Below are positions 17,175-28,335 of a stretch of DNA of 64,000 nucleotides, one piece after another. How positions within the stretch are numbered: position 1 is the stretch's first letter; every line of letters begins with the position of its first letter. The notes beneath the pieces are model-generated. The model had not been told where the DNA came from and made no database searches. It saw nothing but the letters and a program-made list of their open reading frames with translations. The position numbers and the translations under genes were made by a program. The stretch comes from Chitinophagaceae bacterium (lineage in GTDB: Bacteria; Bacteroidota; Bacteroidia; Chitinophagales; Chitinophagaceae), in contig JAOAGO010000003.1 of the NCBI GenBank assembly GCA_026415715.1, positions 24,204 to 88,203 on the forward strand. Direction: 5' to 3'.

Positions 17175-18446
17175 ATGATTCAATGTTCAATTATAACTAT
17201 AGGCAACGAATTGCTGATAGGCCAAACCATAGATACAAATTCGGCTTTTATTTCAAAAACGCTCAATGACGCCGGCGTATGGGTACATCGTAAAGTATCG
17301 GTAGGCGATAATTATCAGGATATCCGAAAAGCGCTCGACAATGAATTATCCGAATCGGATATTGTGATTATGACAGGAGGATTAGGTCCTACGGCAGATG
17401 ATATCACCAAACCTTTGCTTTGTGAATATTTCGGAGGAAAGTTAATATTAAACGAAGAAGTACTGGAGCATATTAAATATCTTTTTGAACATGTCCTGAA
17501 ACGTAAAGGGCCTTTACTTGAACGAAACATCAGGCAGGCTGAAGTACCCGATAACTGCACCGTGCTTTTCAACAACAGAGGAACAGCCCCCGGAATGTTA
17601 TTTCTTAAAGACCATAAAATGATTTTTTCATTACCCGGAGTGCCCTATGAAATGACTGCATTAATGACGGAAGAAGTGGTACCCCGGATAAAAAAACATT
17701 TTCAGCTACCCGTTATTTTGCACAAAACATTAATCACGGCCGGCGCCGGCGAGTCTTATGTGGCCGAAAAAGTGAAGGATTTTGAGAATGAATTGCCCGA
17801 AAACATTCGTTTAGCTTACCTTCCCCAGCACGGCATTGTGCGTTTACGCCTTACGGCTACCGGAAATGAAAAAGAGGCTTTACAAAAACTGACAGAACAT
17901 TATTTTAACCGGTTAAAAGAAAATGTAAAAGATATTCTGGTACACGATGAAGATGAAAATATGGAATACATTGTAGGCCGGATGCTGAAAGAAAAAAACC
18001 TAACTCTGGGCACTGCCGAAAGTTGTACGGGAGGATATATTGCTCATTTGATTACCTCAGTGCCCGGCTCATCGGCTTATTTTAAAGGAAGTATCGTCAG
18101 TTATTCCAATGAAATAAAAGAAAAAGTTTTAGGGGTTAAAACAGAAACATTGAAAAATTTTGGTGCCGTAAGTGAGCAAACGGTAATTGAAATGGTGAAT
18201 GGGGCTCTGAAAACACTTGAGTGTGATTATACTCTTGCCGTATCCGGTATTATGGGGCCTGATGGCGGAAGCACGGAAAAACCGGTAGGTACCGTATGGG
18301 TAGCCGCAGGCGCCATGAAAAACAGTGAGCTGAGAACGGAAACGAAATTATTTCAATTTCGTTACGACAGAAAAAAAAATATTGAGGTAACGGCCATCCA
18401 GGCGCTGAATTTCCTGAGATCTTTTATTTTGAAAAACCAGGCTTAA
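17175..18446 (+). CDS. cinA: CinA family protein (MoCF-like domain + NMN amidohydrolase PncC domain)
   Basis: Start at ATG 17175 (MIQCSIITIGNELLIGQTIDTNS). The C-terminal half has LGTAESCTGG...GPDGG, typical of the PncC domain. Confidence 0.88.
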   Translation: MIQCSIITIGNELLIGQTIDTNSAFISKTLNDAGVWVHRKVSVGDNYQDIRKALDNELSESDIVIMTGGLGPTADDITKPLLCEYFGGKLILNEEVLEHIKYLFEHVLKRKGPLLERNIRQAEVPDNCTVLFNNRGTAPGMLFLKDHKMIFSLPGVPYEMTALMTEEVVPRIKKHFQLPVILHKTLITAGAGESYVAEKVKDFENELPENIRLAYLPQHGIVRLRLTATGNEKEALQKLTEHYFNRLKENVKDILVHDEDENMEYIVGRMLKEKNLTLGTAESCTGGYIAHLITSVPGSSAYFKGSIVSYSNEIKEKVLGVKTETLKNFGAVSEQTVIEMVNGALKTLECDYTLAVSGIMGPDGGSTEKPVGTVWVAAGAMKNSELRTETKLFQFRYDRKKNIEVTAIQALNFLRSFILKNQA

Positions 18447-18522
18447 GCTTACGAATGGTTGTGTCCGGAAAATTATACCTTTGAAGCCGGATTTACAGTT
18501 TTTATAGTAAAATCAAATTATT

Positions 18523-19896
18523 ATGTCTTTAGTTGATTTAGTATTGCCCAAAATGGGAGAAAGTATAATGGAAGCTACTATACTGAAATGGCTGAAGCAG
18601 CCGGGAGATACGGTAGCCGCCGATGAACCGGTAGTAGAAATTGCAACCGACAAAGTGGATAGTGAAGTGCCCAGTACGGTATCCGGAACAATAGAAGAAA
18701 TTTTATACAAAGTAAATGATGTGGTGCCGGTGGGCGCCACAATAGCCCGAATCCGGACAGCACAACATCAACCTTCAGCGAATATTTATCCTTCCCAACC
18801 GGCAAGTCAATTTGAATCAACGGCACCCCGGGGATATGAGGAAAAAGAAGAGGTAAAAGAAAGTATCGGAGGTGCCGGGTTGCAAACAAACTTTAATAAA
18901 CAGAGCGCCGGTTCAACACAAAGATTTTATTCACCGCTGGTTTTAAATATTGCAGCCAGCGAAGGAATTTCAATGGCAGAATTGGAAACCATTCCTGGCA
19001 CCGGAAATGAAGGACGGGTAACCAAAAAGGATATTTTGCAATACATAAGCCAAAAGAAAAATGCCGCTACTTCCGCACCTCAGCCTGAAAAACCCAAAAC
19101 CGAACTGGTCGTTCCGCTAAGCAAAGTGGATACCATAACGGAAACGACAGAGGTATCGCAGGAAAAAATGCTGACACCATATTCCGGAAATGTGGAAATT
19201 ATTGAAATGGACAGAATGCGAAAGCTGATTGCGGAACATATGGTGCGAAGTAAACAAATCAGCCCTCATGTAACCAGCTTTACCGAGGCCGACGTGACCA
19301 ATATGGTTATGTGGCGCGAAAAAATCAAAAAAGAATTTGAAAAAAGAGAAGGAACCAAAATCACTTATACCCCGTTGTTCATTGAAGCGCTGGTCAGGTG
19401 CATAAAAAAATTTCCGTTAATCAACAGTTCAGTTGAAGGCGATAAAATTATCGTAAAAAAAGACATTCATATCGGAATGGCCACTGCCCTGCCGAACGGG
19501 AATCTGATAGTGCCTGTTATTAAACATGCCGACCAACTGAATCTTGTGGGCCTGACCAGGCAGGTAAATATGCTGGCAGAAAATGCACGAAACGGTAAGC
19601 TCAGACCCGACGATACACAAGGCGGCACTTTTACCATAACGAACGTCGGTATTTTCGGAAGCCTGATGGGAACCCCTATCATCAACCAGCCACAGGTAGC
19701 CATTTTAGCTACCGGAGCCATAAAAAAACGGCCGGTAGTAGTGGAAACACCGGCAGGCGACAGCATTGCCATACGTCATATCATTTATCTGAGTCTCAGT
19801 TACGACCACAGAATCATTGACGGAAGCCTGGGCGCTACATTTCTTTCCGCATTTGCCAGAGAACTGGAAAATTTCAATGCGGACAGAGAACTCTGA
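18523..19896 (+). CDS. 2-oxoacid dehydrogenase complex E2 (dihydrolipoyllysine-residue acyltransferase)
   Basis: Lipoyl domain with EIATDKVDSEVPS, a subunit-binding domain (SPLVLNIAASEGI), and a catalytic domain with SYDHRIIDG. Substrate specificity cannot be assigned from sequence alone. Confidence 0.88.
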   Translation: MSLVDLVLPKMGESIMEATILKWLKQPGDTVAADEPVVEIATDKVDSEVPSTVSGTIEEILYKVNDVVPVGATIARIRTAQHQPSANIYPSQPASQFESTAPRGYEEKEEVKESIGGAGLQTNFNKQSAGSTQRFYSPLVLNIAASEGISMAELETIPGTGNEGRVTKKDILQYISQKKNAATSAPQPEKPKTELVVPLSKVDTITETTEVSQEKMLTPYSGNVEIIEMDRMRKLIAEHMVRSKQISPHVTSFTEADVTNMVMWREKIKKEFEKREGTKITYTPLFIEALVRCIKKFPLINSSVEGDKIIVKKDIHIGMATALPNGNLIVPVIKHADQLNLVGLTRQVNMLAENARNGKLRPDDTQGGTFTITNVGIFGSLMGTPIINQPQVAILATGAIKKRPVVVETPAGDSIAIRHIIYLSLSYDHRIIDGSLGATFLSAFARELENFNADREL

Positions 19897-20215
19897 TGCT
19901 GTTCCGGATATAGTTTTTTCCGAATTTCTCATGCTCAGGAAAATGAAAGTGTGTGGATTATTTATTCCTCCTTTCATCAGAACATTTTTTATCTAAAAAT
20001 TCCGTTTTCCCTTTTTAAACATTTTTGCGCTGAACCTACCTACCGCCATTTTATTATATTCAAAAGTCTTTATCTTTTTCCAAAAAAATCGGCAATATTT
20101 CAGGTAAAAACGTTTCAAATTGTAGTATCTTTTCTAGTTCTTTAACGTTCTTTAAGCAACCCGATTTGTAAATCAAGTGTCTTTTCAGTAATTTAGTTAA
20201 CAAAAATTGATAACT

Positions 20216-20932
20216 ATGAAAACGTTATCCGAAACCTGGTTTGCCGAAGGACGAATTGATTTTGAATTAAAAAAATATATTCTGCTGGCTTACCTGCAGG
20301 AGGTTAATAAATATTTTAATGAAAACAAATTATATCCTCAACTGGCCGATATTATATTCCATTACAACAATCTGGTAGCGTTTCGTGAAAATAAAAAATA
20401 TCTCCAGGAACATTTTCCCAGAAAATTATCAGGCATCCAGCTGGAAAAACTGCAACTGCTCTATGAAAAAATGATTGACGATGATGAGCTGATGCAGGAA
20501 CTGGAAAATATCATCCACTATGCGGTAAAAAAACTGAAGGGAACGATACAAAGCGGAACCGATATTTATGAATATGTTGAAGAAAATATAACCATTGAAC
20601 CGGTAGGATTGATTCCGATTCATACCCACGAGGGATATTTTTTCCTTACCCCGGGAAATACCCATGCCACTTATGTTTATGAATACCGTCTGTCCTTTTT
20701 TGAAAAGCATGATGAAAAATACCGCACTATACGCACGTTGTATTTAGACCGGTGGATGCGTTCCATTGCCTGCACGTATGAACACATCAAGGCAGAACTG
20801 ATACGACGGAGAAAAGAATTGCCCAATCCGGCTGTTTATTCCATTGAATCCAAAATACTGTTTCCGGTTGATGAAACCCTGTTGCCGGTAGCGAAAAGAA
20901 GTTTAGTAAAATATATTTCGGTAGCGGCGTAA
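20216..20932 (+). CDS. Hypothetical protein (238 aa), no recognisable motif
   Basis: Long ORF with ordinary composition. ATG at 20216 is preferred over the TTG at 20207. No signal peptide or catalytic motif recognised. Confidence 0.5.
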   Translation: MKTLSETWFAEGRIDFELKKYILLAYLQEVNKYFNENKLYPQLADIIFHYNNLVAFRENKKYLQEHFPRKLSGIQLEKLQLLYEKMIDDDELMQELENIIHYAVKKLKGTIQSGTDIYEYVEENITIEPVGLIPIHTHEGYFFLTPGNTHATYVYEYRLSFFEKHDEKYRTIRTLYLDRWMRSIACTYEHIKAELIRRRKELPNPAVYSIESKILFPVDETLLPVAKRSLVKYISVAA

Positions 20933-20943
20933 GGGAGTGTAAT

Positions 20944-23904
20944 TCAATCTTTGTCAATCTCCAGTCCTAAATCCTGCCCTTTTCTGACTGCCGGAACACC
21001 TTGTGTAATCCACCGGGCTGGTTTTTCATTTTTCAGCATATAATCAAAAAATTGCTGCATGCGGATTTGATAATCTTTCATGTCTTTTCGTTGTGTAAGG
21101 CCATGTCCTTGCCCGTTGTAATTCAGCATCCATACTTTTTTACCCAATCTTCTGAGTGCGGTAAATAATTCAATACCCTGAGACCAGGGTACAGCCCCGT
21201 CGTTGTCGTTATGCATGACTACGATCGGCGCGGTGACTTTATTTAATTGGAACAAGGGAGAGTTTTTCAGATACAACTCAGGTTTCTCCCACAAGCTGGC
21301 GCCAAGGCGGCTTTGCGTTTTTTCGTACTGAAACTGACGGCTTACCCCGGATTCCCAACGAATACCCCCGTAAGCGCTGGTCATATTAACCACCGGAGCA
21401 CCGGCCCAAACTGCTTTAAATAAGTTGGTCATTGTGGCCAATTGTACTACCTGGTATCCGCCCCAGCTATGTCCCTGAATACCGATTCGTGTACTGTCAA
21501 TTCTTTCCTGTTTCAGTAAGGCTCTCACACCGCTTACCACGTAATCATAAGCGCTTTGTGCGGGCGCACCCACTTTATATTCAATATCGGGCAAAAAAAC
21601 AAAGTATCCGTTACTGACGAAATACGTTACATTCAGCGAACTGCGGGAGGGTGCCGGCTGACGATACTGATGAAGATTATCGCTCAGTCTTTCATAGATG
21701 TAAACCAAAAGCGGATATTTTTTTGAGTGATGTACATTTTCAGGACGAAATAAAATTCCCGTTCCCTCTTTGTTATTATAGGCTTTCCAGCGAAACAATT
21801 CAGCGGTGCCCCAAAAGTATTTATCCTGTTGAGGATTCAGCGATGTCAGTTTCTGCTCAATTTGACTGTTGAGATTTACATAATACAAATCTGGCGATTG
21901 CCGAAAGGATTCTTTGGTAAAAAGGAAGGCCTCTGTGTTTCGCGCCTTTTGTACTCCGGAAATCCAATAAGGGCCTACCGGAGTCAATTCCGAAAATTCA
22001 AGCAATCCCTTTGCGTCCGGAGAGTAAACCGCTTTCCATAAACCGGTTTCTTTGGTATTTTCATTGAATGATGAAAAGACCATGGTTTGCCCCTTGCGAA
22101 GAAAAAGTTCCTCAGGGTCGGTTTGTATATAGCGGTAACGGATCTTTTTTTCACGGTTACCGGCGATTAATATCGCCGGCTTGTCCTCATTAACCGGAAG
22201 TTTCCACACTCCATAGCGATCGTAAATTAAAACATGAGTATCGTTTTCATCCCATTTTACAATACCGTAATTATTCGGATCGTCCGGCATATCCCAGTTT
22301 TCCTGATAAAAAGCAGCTTTAACATTTTTTGTCAGGTTTCGAATCTGTTTACCATCCCACAAAAAGTAATGTTTTTCTTTTCTGTCATACCACAAAATAT
22401 ATTTTCCTGTTGAAGAAGGATAAACAGTACCGTGCAGATCTTGCTTAATACGCCGGGTTTTCCCTTCAGCTACATCAATTGCATAAACATCTTTTCGTGT
22501 AGTTCCCAGCCATTGTCCCTCAGCTCGTTTACCAAAGTCGGTTATTCCAATGAAAATGTTTCCATCTCCCTCACCGGTTACGGTTACCTGAGGAATCTGC
22601 CGGCTACCTAGTTGTTTCAGGGTTTTTGTTTCCGGATTGTATAAGGTCAGATAATTTTCCTCCTTTGCGGCTTTTAGACGAGCAGGAAAAGTCTGAACGG
22701 TTTGCAAATAATCATCATTATAGTGCCAGATATCGAGTTTGGGCGTTTCCGTTTCTTCAATGGTTGTATCTTTCGGAACAGGAATTGGCGAAGAACCGAA
22801 AAATATTCTTTTTCCGCTTTTACTGAAAAACACCTGTCCATGCTCGCTGACGGTCATGCCCACTTTCATGCCCGGTGTATTCTTATCAACTATGGTCACG
22901 GCGCTGTCCATTCCTTTGCGGTAATATTTCAGTTTATGAAATTTTACCTGTATTTTAGGATAAGATTCCGTTTCAGTTATAAATACCCATTGAGTGTCGT
23001 CGTAGCTTGATGCAAATTGTTTGTAGTCATTTCCCCCCTTGCTCAGCAACAAAGATTTGTTTTCCGCAAGATGATGTACGGTCAGTTTTTTTTGTTTAAT
23101 CGAATCAGAAACAGACACGAGTTGTTCTACCAGAATTGATTCGCCGTTTTTGCTGAATTCATAATCCAGTACATCTGAAAAAATCATCTCTTTTCCGGAA
23201 GCCAGGTGAAGTACAAATAAATCGGAAGGTTTTTCCTGTGTTAAGGTTGCTTCATCTTCCTGATCAGCATCGGCTGCTTCATACAAATCGTTGTATTTCA
23301 TGAAATCTTCTGTTTCATCTTTTATCCTTTTTTTCAGCTTTTGTTGTTCAATACTTCTTTTCAACGAATCCGTTACTTTTAGCAGGCTGTCAACTTTTTT
23401 CTGCAGCCCTGTCTCCGCAGCAGAAGAAATTTTAGAAGTTTCCGGTTTTTTGTCCAACTGATAAGCTATGTAATGATGTTGTTTATGTGGAATTTTAAAA
23501 TTTTTCAGGTTTGCTTTTTTCAGCATACTGTCACTGCCTAATTCCATTATAACCAGCGTATCTTTGGGCATATCGGCTGGTTTTTTCTTTTTTATTCTGG
23601 CTTCGCGAAGATCCTTATACAGAGGTTTGATTTTAAAAATGACATAACGGCTGTTTTCGGTAATGACGGGACTGTAACCCCTGGGAATAGTTTTTTTAAA
23701 GGAATTGTCAGACGCCTGGATTATAAGGCGCCCATCGCCTTCCTGCGGGTCAATGGTGTAAACCAGCCATTTACCGTCATGGCTCATCACTTTATCCCCA
23801 ACATGTTCCCATTCATCATAGACGGAATGATCCAAAGATTTTTTTTGTGCTGATGAATGGTAAAAAAACAGAAGCAAAATCCCCGTCAATAAAACGTTTC
23901 TCAT
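20944..23904 (-). CDS. S9 prolyl oligopeptidase-family serine peptidase (986 aa)
   Basis: Signal peptide, long propeller-like N-terminal region, and a C-terminal alpha/beta hydrolase with nucleophile elbow GHSWGGY and downstream D/H (HNDNDGAV, GQGHGL). Confidence 0.85.
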   Translation of the reverse strand: MRNVLLTGILLLFFYHSSAQKKSLDHSVYDEWEHVGDKVMSHDGKWLVYTIDPQEGDGRLIIQASDNSFKKTIPRGYSPVITENSRYVIFKIKPLYKDLREARIKKKKPADMPKDTLVIMELGSDSMLKKANLKNFKIPHKQHHYIAYQLDKKPETSKISSAAETGLQKKVDSLLKVTDSLKRSIEQQKLKKRIKDETEDFMKYNDLYEAADADQEDEATLTQEKPSDLFVLHLASGKEMIFSDVLDYEFSKNGESILVEQLVSVSDSIKQKKLTVHHLAENKSLLLSKGGNDYKQFASSYDDTQWVFITETESYPKIQVKFHKLKYYRKGMDSAVTIVDKNTPGMKVGMTVSEHGQVFFSKSGKRIFFGSSPIPVPKDTTIEETETPKLDIWHYNDDYLQTVQTFPARLKAAKEENYLTLYNPETKTLKQLGSRQIPQVTVTGEGDGNIFIGITDFGKRAEGQWLGTTRKDVYAIDVAEGKTRRIKQDLHGTVYPSSTGKYILWYDRKEKHYFLWDGKQIRNLTKNVKAAFYQENWDMPDDPNNYGIVKWDENDTHVLIYDRYGVWKLPVNEDKPAILIAGNREKKIRYRYIQTDPEELFLRKGQTMVFSSFNENTKETGLWKAVYSPDAKGLLEFSELTPVGPYWISGVQKARNTEAFLFTKESFRQSPDLYYVNLNSQIEQKLTSLNPQQDKYFWGTAELFRWKAYNNKEGTGILFRPENVHHSKKYPLLVYIYERLSDNLHQYRQPAPSRSSLNVTYFVSNGYFVFLPDIEYKVGAPAQSAYDYVVSGVRALLKQERIDSTRIGIQGHSWGGYQVVQLATMTNLFKAVWAGAPVVNMTSAYGGIRWESGVSRQFQYEKTQSRLGASLWEKPELYLKNSPLFQLNKVTAPIVVMHNDNDGAVPWSQGIELFTALRRLGKKVWMLNYNGQGHGLTQRKDMKDYQIRMQQFFDYMLKNEKPARWITQGVPAVRKGQDLGLEIDKD

Positions 23905-23946
23905 TTGTTTTCTATTTTGGTAAATATAGTGAAATCAAAAAGGTTT

Positions 23947-24801
23947 TCATCCAATGATCATTCCATATTGCCAGAGATTTTTTTTCAGGCCTAAGTACTG
24001 ATAACGACAAGCTTCAATATTCTTTTTTTGAAAGTCGGTAGGTTTATTATTAAAAAATATTTTTTTCCAGATAAGATACAGGCGGGCTAAAAAATAAAAA
24101 CGATATAACCGAAGCGAAGACTTTTTAACTTCACAGCTGATATTTTGATACCGGATATCCCGAAAGCCGGCCTGATGCATAAATTCGGCAAAGCGGTCGG
24201 GTGTTTTCAGATAGTTTACGTTCCACCCGTCAAGCCAGTTCCGGATGACCGGTTGTTTGTTATTTTCAAAATGGCTGACAAATCCGTCTGCTACCACCAG
24301 CCTGCCGCCGGGCTTTAAAATACGGTATGCTTCCCTGATAAACTGTTTTTTACTTTTTGCATAGCATACGCTTTCACACCCCCAAACCACGGTAAATGTT
24401 TCATCAGGAAAAGTAGTGTTTTCGTAATCCATTACCAGAAATTCCGTAAGCAGTTCCGTTCTTTTTGTTTTTGCCAGCTCTGTCGCCTTCTTTGCCTGTT
24501 TTTCACTGAGCGTTATACCTGTAATTTTACAATGAAACTGTGCAGCTAAAAAAAAACTACTGCCGCCAATACCGCATCCCGCATCCAAAACATAATCCGA
24601 CGACTTGATGTGAGCCAGCTCTGCCATAATTTCATTCATTCGCTGCAATGAGCTTCTGAAATTCCTGGCTTTTTTATCTGAATATCCGTAGTGAATAGCC
24701 AGGCTATGATTTAAATCCCAAGCATCCTTGTAAGAGTTTTCCGTTTCTTCATAATACCGGATAATTTGCTGATGATAATCATTGGGAAATAAGGAACTCA
24801 T
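23947..24801 (-). CDS. Class I SAM-dependent methyltransferase
   Basis: SAM motif I VLDAGCGIGGSS and post-I acidic residue. Substrate unknown. Confidence 0.75.
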   Translation of the reverse strand: MSSLFPNDYHQQIIRYYEETENSYKDAWDLNHSLAIHYGYSDKKARNFRSSLQRMNEIMAELAHIKSSDYVLDAGCGIGGSSFFLAAQFHCKITGITLSEKQAKKATELAKTKRTELLTEFLVMDYENTTFPDETFTVVWGCESVCYAKSKKQFIREAYRILKPGGRLVVADGFVSHFENNKQPVIRNWLDGWNVNYLKTPDRFAEFMHQAGFRDIRYQNISCEVKKSSLRLYRFYFLARLYLIWKKIFFNNKPTDFQKKNIEACRYQYLGLKKNLWQYGMIIG

Positions 24802-25028
24802 TCTTGTTTCCGTTTTTTATAAATTCCATTAATTTTAATTCATCTGTCTGACAGACGAATTTCTGCTTTTCAGGAAAGCTTTAAAAGATGTTTTTTTAAA
24901 AACAAATATAAATCTGTGATAATCAAAAATTAAATCAGGTAAAAAACATACTTAAAAAATTTCAGATTTGTTAAAGAAAATTATTTTTCGTCATCGGATA
25001 CAATTGCGTAATTTTAAAAAAAAAATTT

Positions 25029-26408
25029 ATGAGAATTCTCGGTGTAATTTTCGGACTGCTTTTTATTTGGCCCGCCTCTGAAGGGCAGATACTCAAAAAT
25101 ATGGGTAAACGAATTGAGCAAAAAGTGAAACAAAGGGCTGAGCGAAAAGTGGATCAAACCATAGATAAAGGATTGGATAAAATAGAAGGCAAAGCCGAAG
25201 ACGCCGTTGAAGGGAATAAAAATGCAAACAACAAACAGGGGGACAACCCAAATGAGAATGCAAACCCCCAGGGTAAGACTACGGGAAAAGGTAACAGTAA
25301 ATCGGGTAATGAAACCGGTGCAGAAAGTAGCGGCGGAAATGAAAATTTTACTTCATTAAAAGTGGACAGCAAATTTGATTTTGTACCCGGTGAAAAAGTG
25401 GTTTTGTTTGAAGACTTCAGCAAAGACAATATCGGAGATTTTCCTCACCGTTGGAATACCAATGGAAGCGGTGAAGTGGTTACAACGAATAAAGCGGAAG
25501 GCCGGTTTCTGGAAACCCGGAAAGAAACCGTTTTTTATCCGGAATGGGTCAAATCGCTTCCCGATAATTTTACCCTTGAGTTTGACTTGATGAGCACGGA
25601 TAAATTCAGTTATTACTCAGAGTCATTTACTGTAGGATTTACCACAAATGCGAATATCGGAAAGAACTGGGCCCGTTTCGGACGCTTTGGAAACGGCGGA
25701 GACAATGATTTTACAATTGAAATGCATTTCGACCCGACCAGCGCCGGCTTGCAACAAGGAGAAAGCGGCATAGAGGTGTTTAACAAAGGAAGCAGAATCC
25801 TGAATCAGTCTGTCGAACAAAATATTTTCAAAACAAAAGACGGTAGCACGAAAACACACATTTCCATCTGGAGACAAAAACAGCGCATCAGGGTTTATAT
25901 TAATGATAAGAAGGTTTGGGATTTGCCCCGGGCTATTGAAGAAAATGTGTCCTTTAAGTCATTGTATTTCAGAAATAGCGGCGCGTCAAATGAAAACGAT
26001 GCTTATTATATAGGAAATATCAGGCTGGCTGTAGGGCAACCGGACACCCGTAATAAACTCATTACGGAAGGCCGGTTCAGCACAGTAGGCATTTTGTTTA
26101 ATGTGAACAGTGATAAGATTAAGCCCGAAAGTTATGGCACCTTGAAAGAAATCGCCAATCTTCTTTCCGAAAATCCTCAGGTTAGAGTAAAAATAATTGG
26201 TCATACCGACAGCGACGGCGATGATGCTTTTAATATGGAACTCAGTAAACGGAGGGCGCAATCCGTAAAAAATGCGCTCAGCAGCATATTCGGAATAGAT
26301 GCTTCCCGGATGGAAACCGAGGGTAAAGGCGAGTCCCAACCGATGGCTCCAAATGATACACCTGAAAACAAAGCCCAAAACAGAAGAGTAGAATTTTTGA
26401 AGTTGTAA
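25029..26408 (+). CDS. OmpA-family protein with low-complexity N-terminal region
   Basis: Signal peptide, K/E/N/G-rich segment, and a C-terminal OmpA-like domain (KIIGHTDSDGDDAFNMELSKRRAQSV...NRRVEFLKL). Confidence 0.85.
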   Translation: MRILGVIFGLLFIWPASEGQILKNMGKRIEQKVKQRAERKVDQTIDKGLDKIEGKAEDAVEGNKNANNKQGDNPNENANPQGKTTGKGNSKSGNETGAESSGGNENFTSLKVDSKFDFVPGEKVVLFEDFSKDNIGDFPHRWNTNGSGEVVTTNKAEGRFLETRKETVFYPEWVKSLPDNFTLEFDLMSTDKFSYYSESFTVGFTTNANIGKNWARFGRFGNGGDNDFTIEMHFDPTSAGLQQGESGIEVFNKGSRILNQSVEQNIFKTKDGSTKTHISIWRQKQRIRVYINDKKVWDLPRAIEENVSFKSLYFRNSGASNENDAYYIGNIRLAVGQPDTRNKLITEGRFSTVGILFNVNSDKIKPESYGTLKEIANLLSENPQVRVKIIGHTDSDGDDAFNMELSKRRAQSVKNALSSIFGIDASRMETEGKGESQPMAPNDTPENKAQNRRVEFLKL

Positions 26409-26450
26409 ACCGAGTTCTCCTTTTAAAGGACAATTAATAAGTTTCTGAGA

Positions 26451-27263
26451 TTATTTATTTGTTTCGGGAAATATTCTATCGGGTAATTTCTGAGATACCA
26501 TGTCAGAAGAAGAGATGGAGTATTTTGCTGAGAATCTTTTTTTGTAATTGGTAAAAATGCTCAGGTATTTCAGCTTCAAAACCCCTAATATGCCTTCTGT
26601 GATTATTCCTTTATTCATTTTAGATGAACCATACTTTCTGTCCTGAAAAATGATAGGAACCTCTTTCAGTTTAAATCCGAGTTTCCATGCCGTATATTTC
26701 ATGGCAATCTGAAAAGCGTAACCCACAAAGGGGATTTTGTCTAAATGAATTGCTTCAAGCACTTCTCTTTTATAGCAAATAAAACCGGCAGTAGGATCTT
26801 TCACCGGCATACAGGTAAGTATGCGGGTGTAGAGTGAGGCTCCTTTGGATAAAATTATCCGATTCCCGGGCCAGTTTACAACCCCCCCGTTTTTCACATA
26901 ACGGGAGCCGATAGCCACATCCGCACCGTTTCCGGAACAGGCGTCGAATAACCGGAGTAAATCGCCAGGATTATGGGAAAAGTCAGCATCTATTTCAAAA
27001 ATATAATCATAACCACGTGCCAAAGCCCATTTGAACCCGTGTATATAAGCTGTGCCCAGCCCTTGTTTACCTTTTCTGACTTCCAGAAAAATTCGTTCAG
27101 GATATTCTTTTTGCACTAAGGCAACGCTCTCTGCCGTTCCGTCAGGCGAATTATCATCTACAACCAAAACATGAAAATTCCCCGAAAGATTCATGATGGA
27201 TTTCAGCATCACGGGGATATTTTCCTTTTCGTTATAGGTAGGTATGATAACTAATTTTTCCAA
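26451..27263 (-). CDS. GT2 glycosyltransferase (polyprenol-phosphate mannosyltransferase-like)
   Basis: VIIPTYNEKENI, VVDDNSPDGT and EIDADFSH (DxD) are motifs of DPM1/Ppm1-type GT-A enzymes. Confidence 0.8.
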   Translation of the reverse strand: MEKLVIIPTYNEKENIPVMLKSIMNLSGNFHVLVVDDNSPDGTAESVALVQKEYPERIFLEVRKGKQGLGTAYIHGFKWALARGYDYIFEIDADFSHNPGDLLRLFDACSGNGADVAIGSRYVKNGGVVNWPGNRIILSKGASLYTRILTCMPVKDPTAGFICYKREVLEAIHLDKIPFVGYAFQIAMKYTAWKLGFKLKEVPIIFQDRKYGSSKMNKGIITEGILGVLKLKYLSIFTNYKKRFSAKYSISSSDMVSQKLPDRIFPETNK

Positions 27264-27386
27264 TGATATAAAAATAGAATTCCGAAAATAATATGAAAAT
27301 AAATACCCGTTCTGTTAAATATTATGATTTGTTTTTTGCGTTTTCTTTATTTGATATTTGTTTATTATGAACTGGAACGAGCAAAA

Positions 27387-28163
27387 TCATGCATTAATTT
27401 TCCTCATGAGTTTCATCCGGGTATAAATTTCCGTTAATTTTTGCTTTGTATATAAAGGAAAATCGCCGCGCATCATCCAGTCGTAATACTGAGGTTCCTG
27501 TCGCAAAACATCAATAACCGGCTTTCCTTTGTGTTTACCGAAATTAAAAATTTCAACTCCGTTTTCCATGATGATGCGTCGGGCCAGATCCACATAATTA
27601 TCTTCTCCGATAAATTTCTGAATAGCCTCCGGCGTATTGCCCATTTCAGGATATTTTTCAACCTGTGCCAGAAGTATTTCCAGGGCGGCTACCGCATCCA
27701 CCTCTGCACTGTGGGCCCCTTCGAGTGCTTTATTGCAATAAAATTTATAGGCAGCTTCAAGCGTCCGGGGCTCCATTTTGTGATAAATGCTTTGAATGTC
27801 TATTAATTTCCTGTTTTTTATATCAAACTCAACTTCCGCTCTCAAAAATTCTTCAACTAAAATGGGAACATCAAATTTGTTGCAATTAAATCCGGCCAGG
27901 TCACATCCGTCAAGAATCTGCTTTATTTCATGAGCCACTTGCTTAAATGTCGGGGCATTTTTAACCATTTCATCCGTGATGCCATGCACTTCAGTGACCG
28001 CAGCAGGTATTGGCATTTCCGGATTTATCAGTTTTCGCTTTATGCTTCGGTTTCCGTCGGGTAGCAGTTTAACTATAGCTATCTCAACTATCCGATCCAC
28101 ACCGGGATTCGTGCCTGTTGTTTCCAGATCAATGACGGCAAGCGGTTTTTTCAGATTCAGCAT
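27387..28163 (-). CDS. DEDDh 3'-5' exonuclease (DnaQ-like) with C-terminal extension
   Basis: Exo I is VIDLETTG. Exo III is HSAEVD (H-x4-D). 258 aa. Confidence 0.8.
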   Translation of the reverse strand: MLNLKKPLAVIDLETTGTNPGVDRIVEIAIVKLLPDGNRSIKRKLINPEMPIPAAVTEVHGITDEMVKNAPTFKQVAHEIKQILDGCDLAGFNCNKFDVPILVEEFLRAEVEFDIKNRKLIDIQSIYHKMEPRTLEAAYKFYCNKALEGAHSAEVDAVAALEILLAQVEKYPEMGNTPEAIQKFIGEDNYVDLARRIIMENGVEIFNFGKHKGKPVIDVLRQEPQYYDWMMRGDFPLYTKQKLTEIYTRMKLMRKINA

Positions 28164-28335
28164 GTCGTTATTTATTTAATAGAACCGTTCAAAATTACAT
28201 TTTTAAAAAAAATATGTACAAAAAGTTAAAAATTCTACAGAAATTTCCTGTCGCTCATTACAATGAAAAAACATTTACTCTTCTTCATCTGCAATAATTT
28301 ATTTGTAACTTGCGTTTTATCAGAAATTCGAAAAT

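Noticed and set aside
19951-20145. 64-aa ORF in the intergenic region after the E2 gene
   Set aside because: The sequence is AT-rich and low-complexity (F/I/K/L-rich), with no plausible promoter or start context. It lies in the likely promoter region of the 20216 gene.
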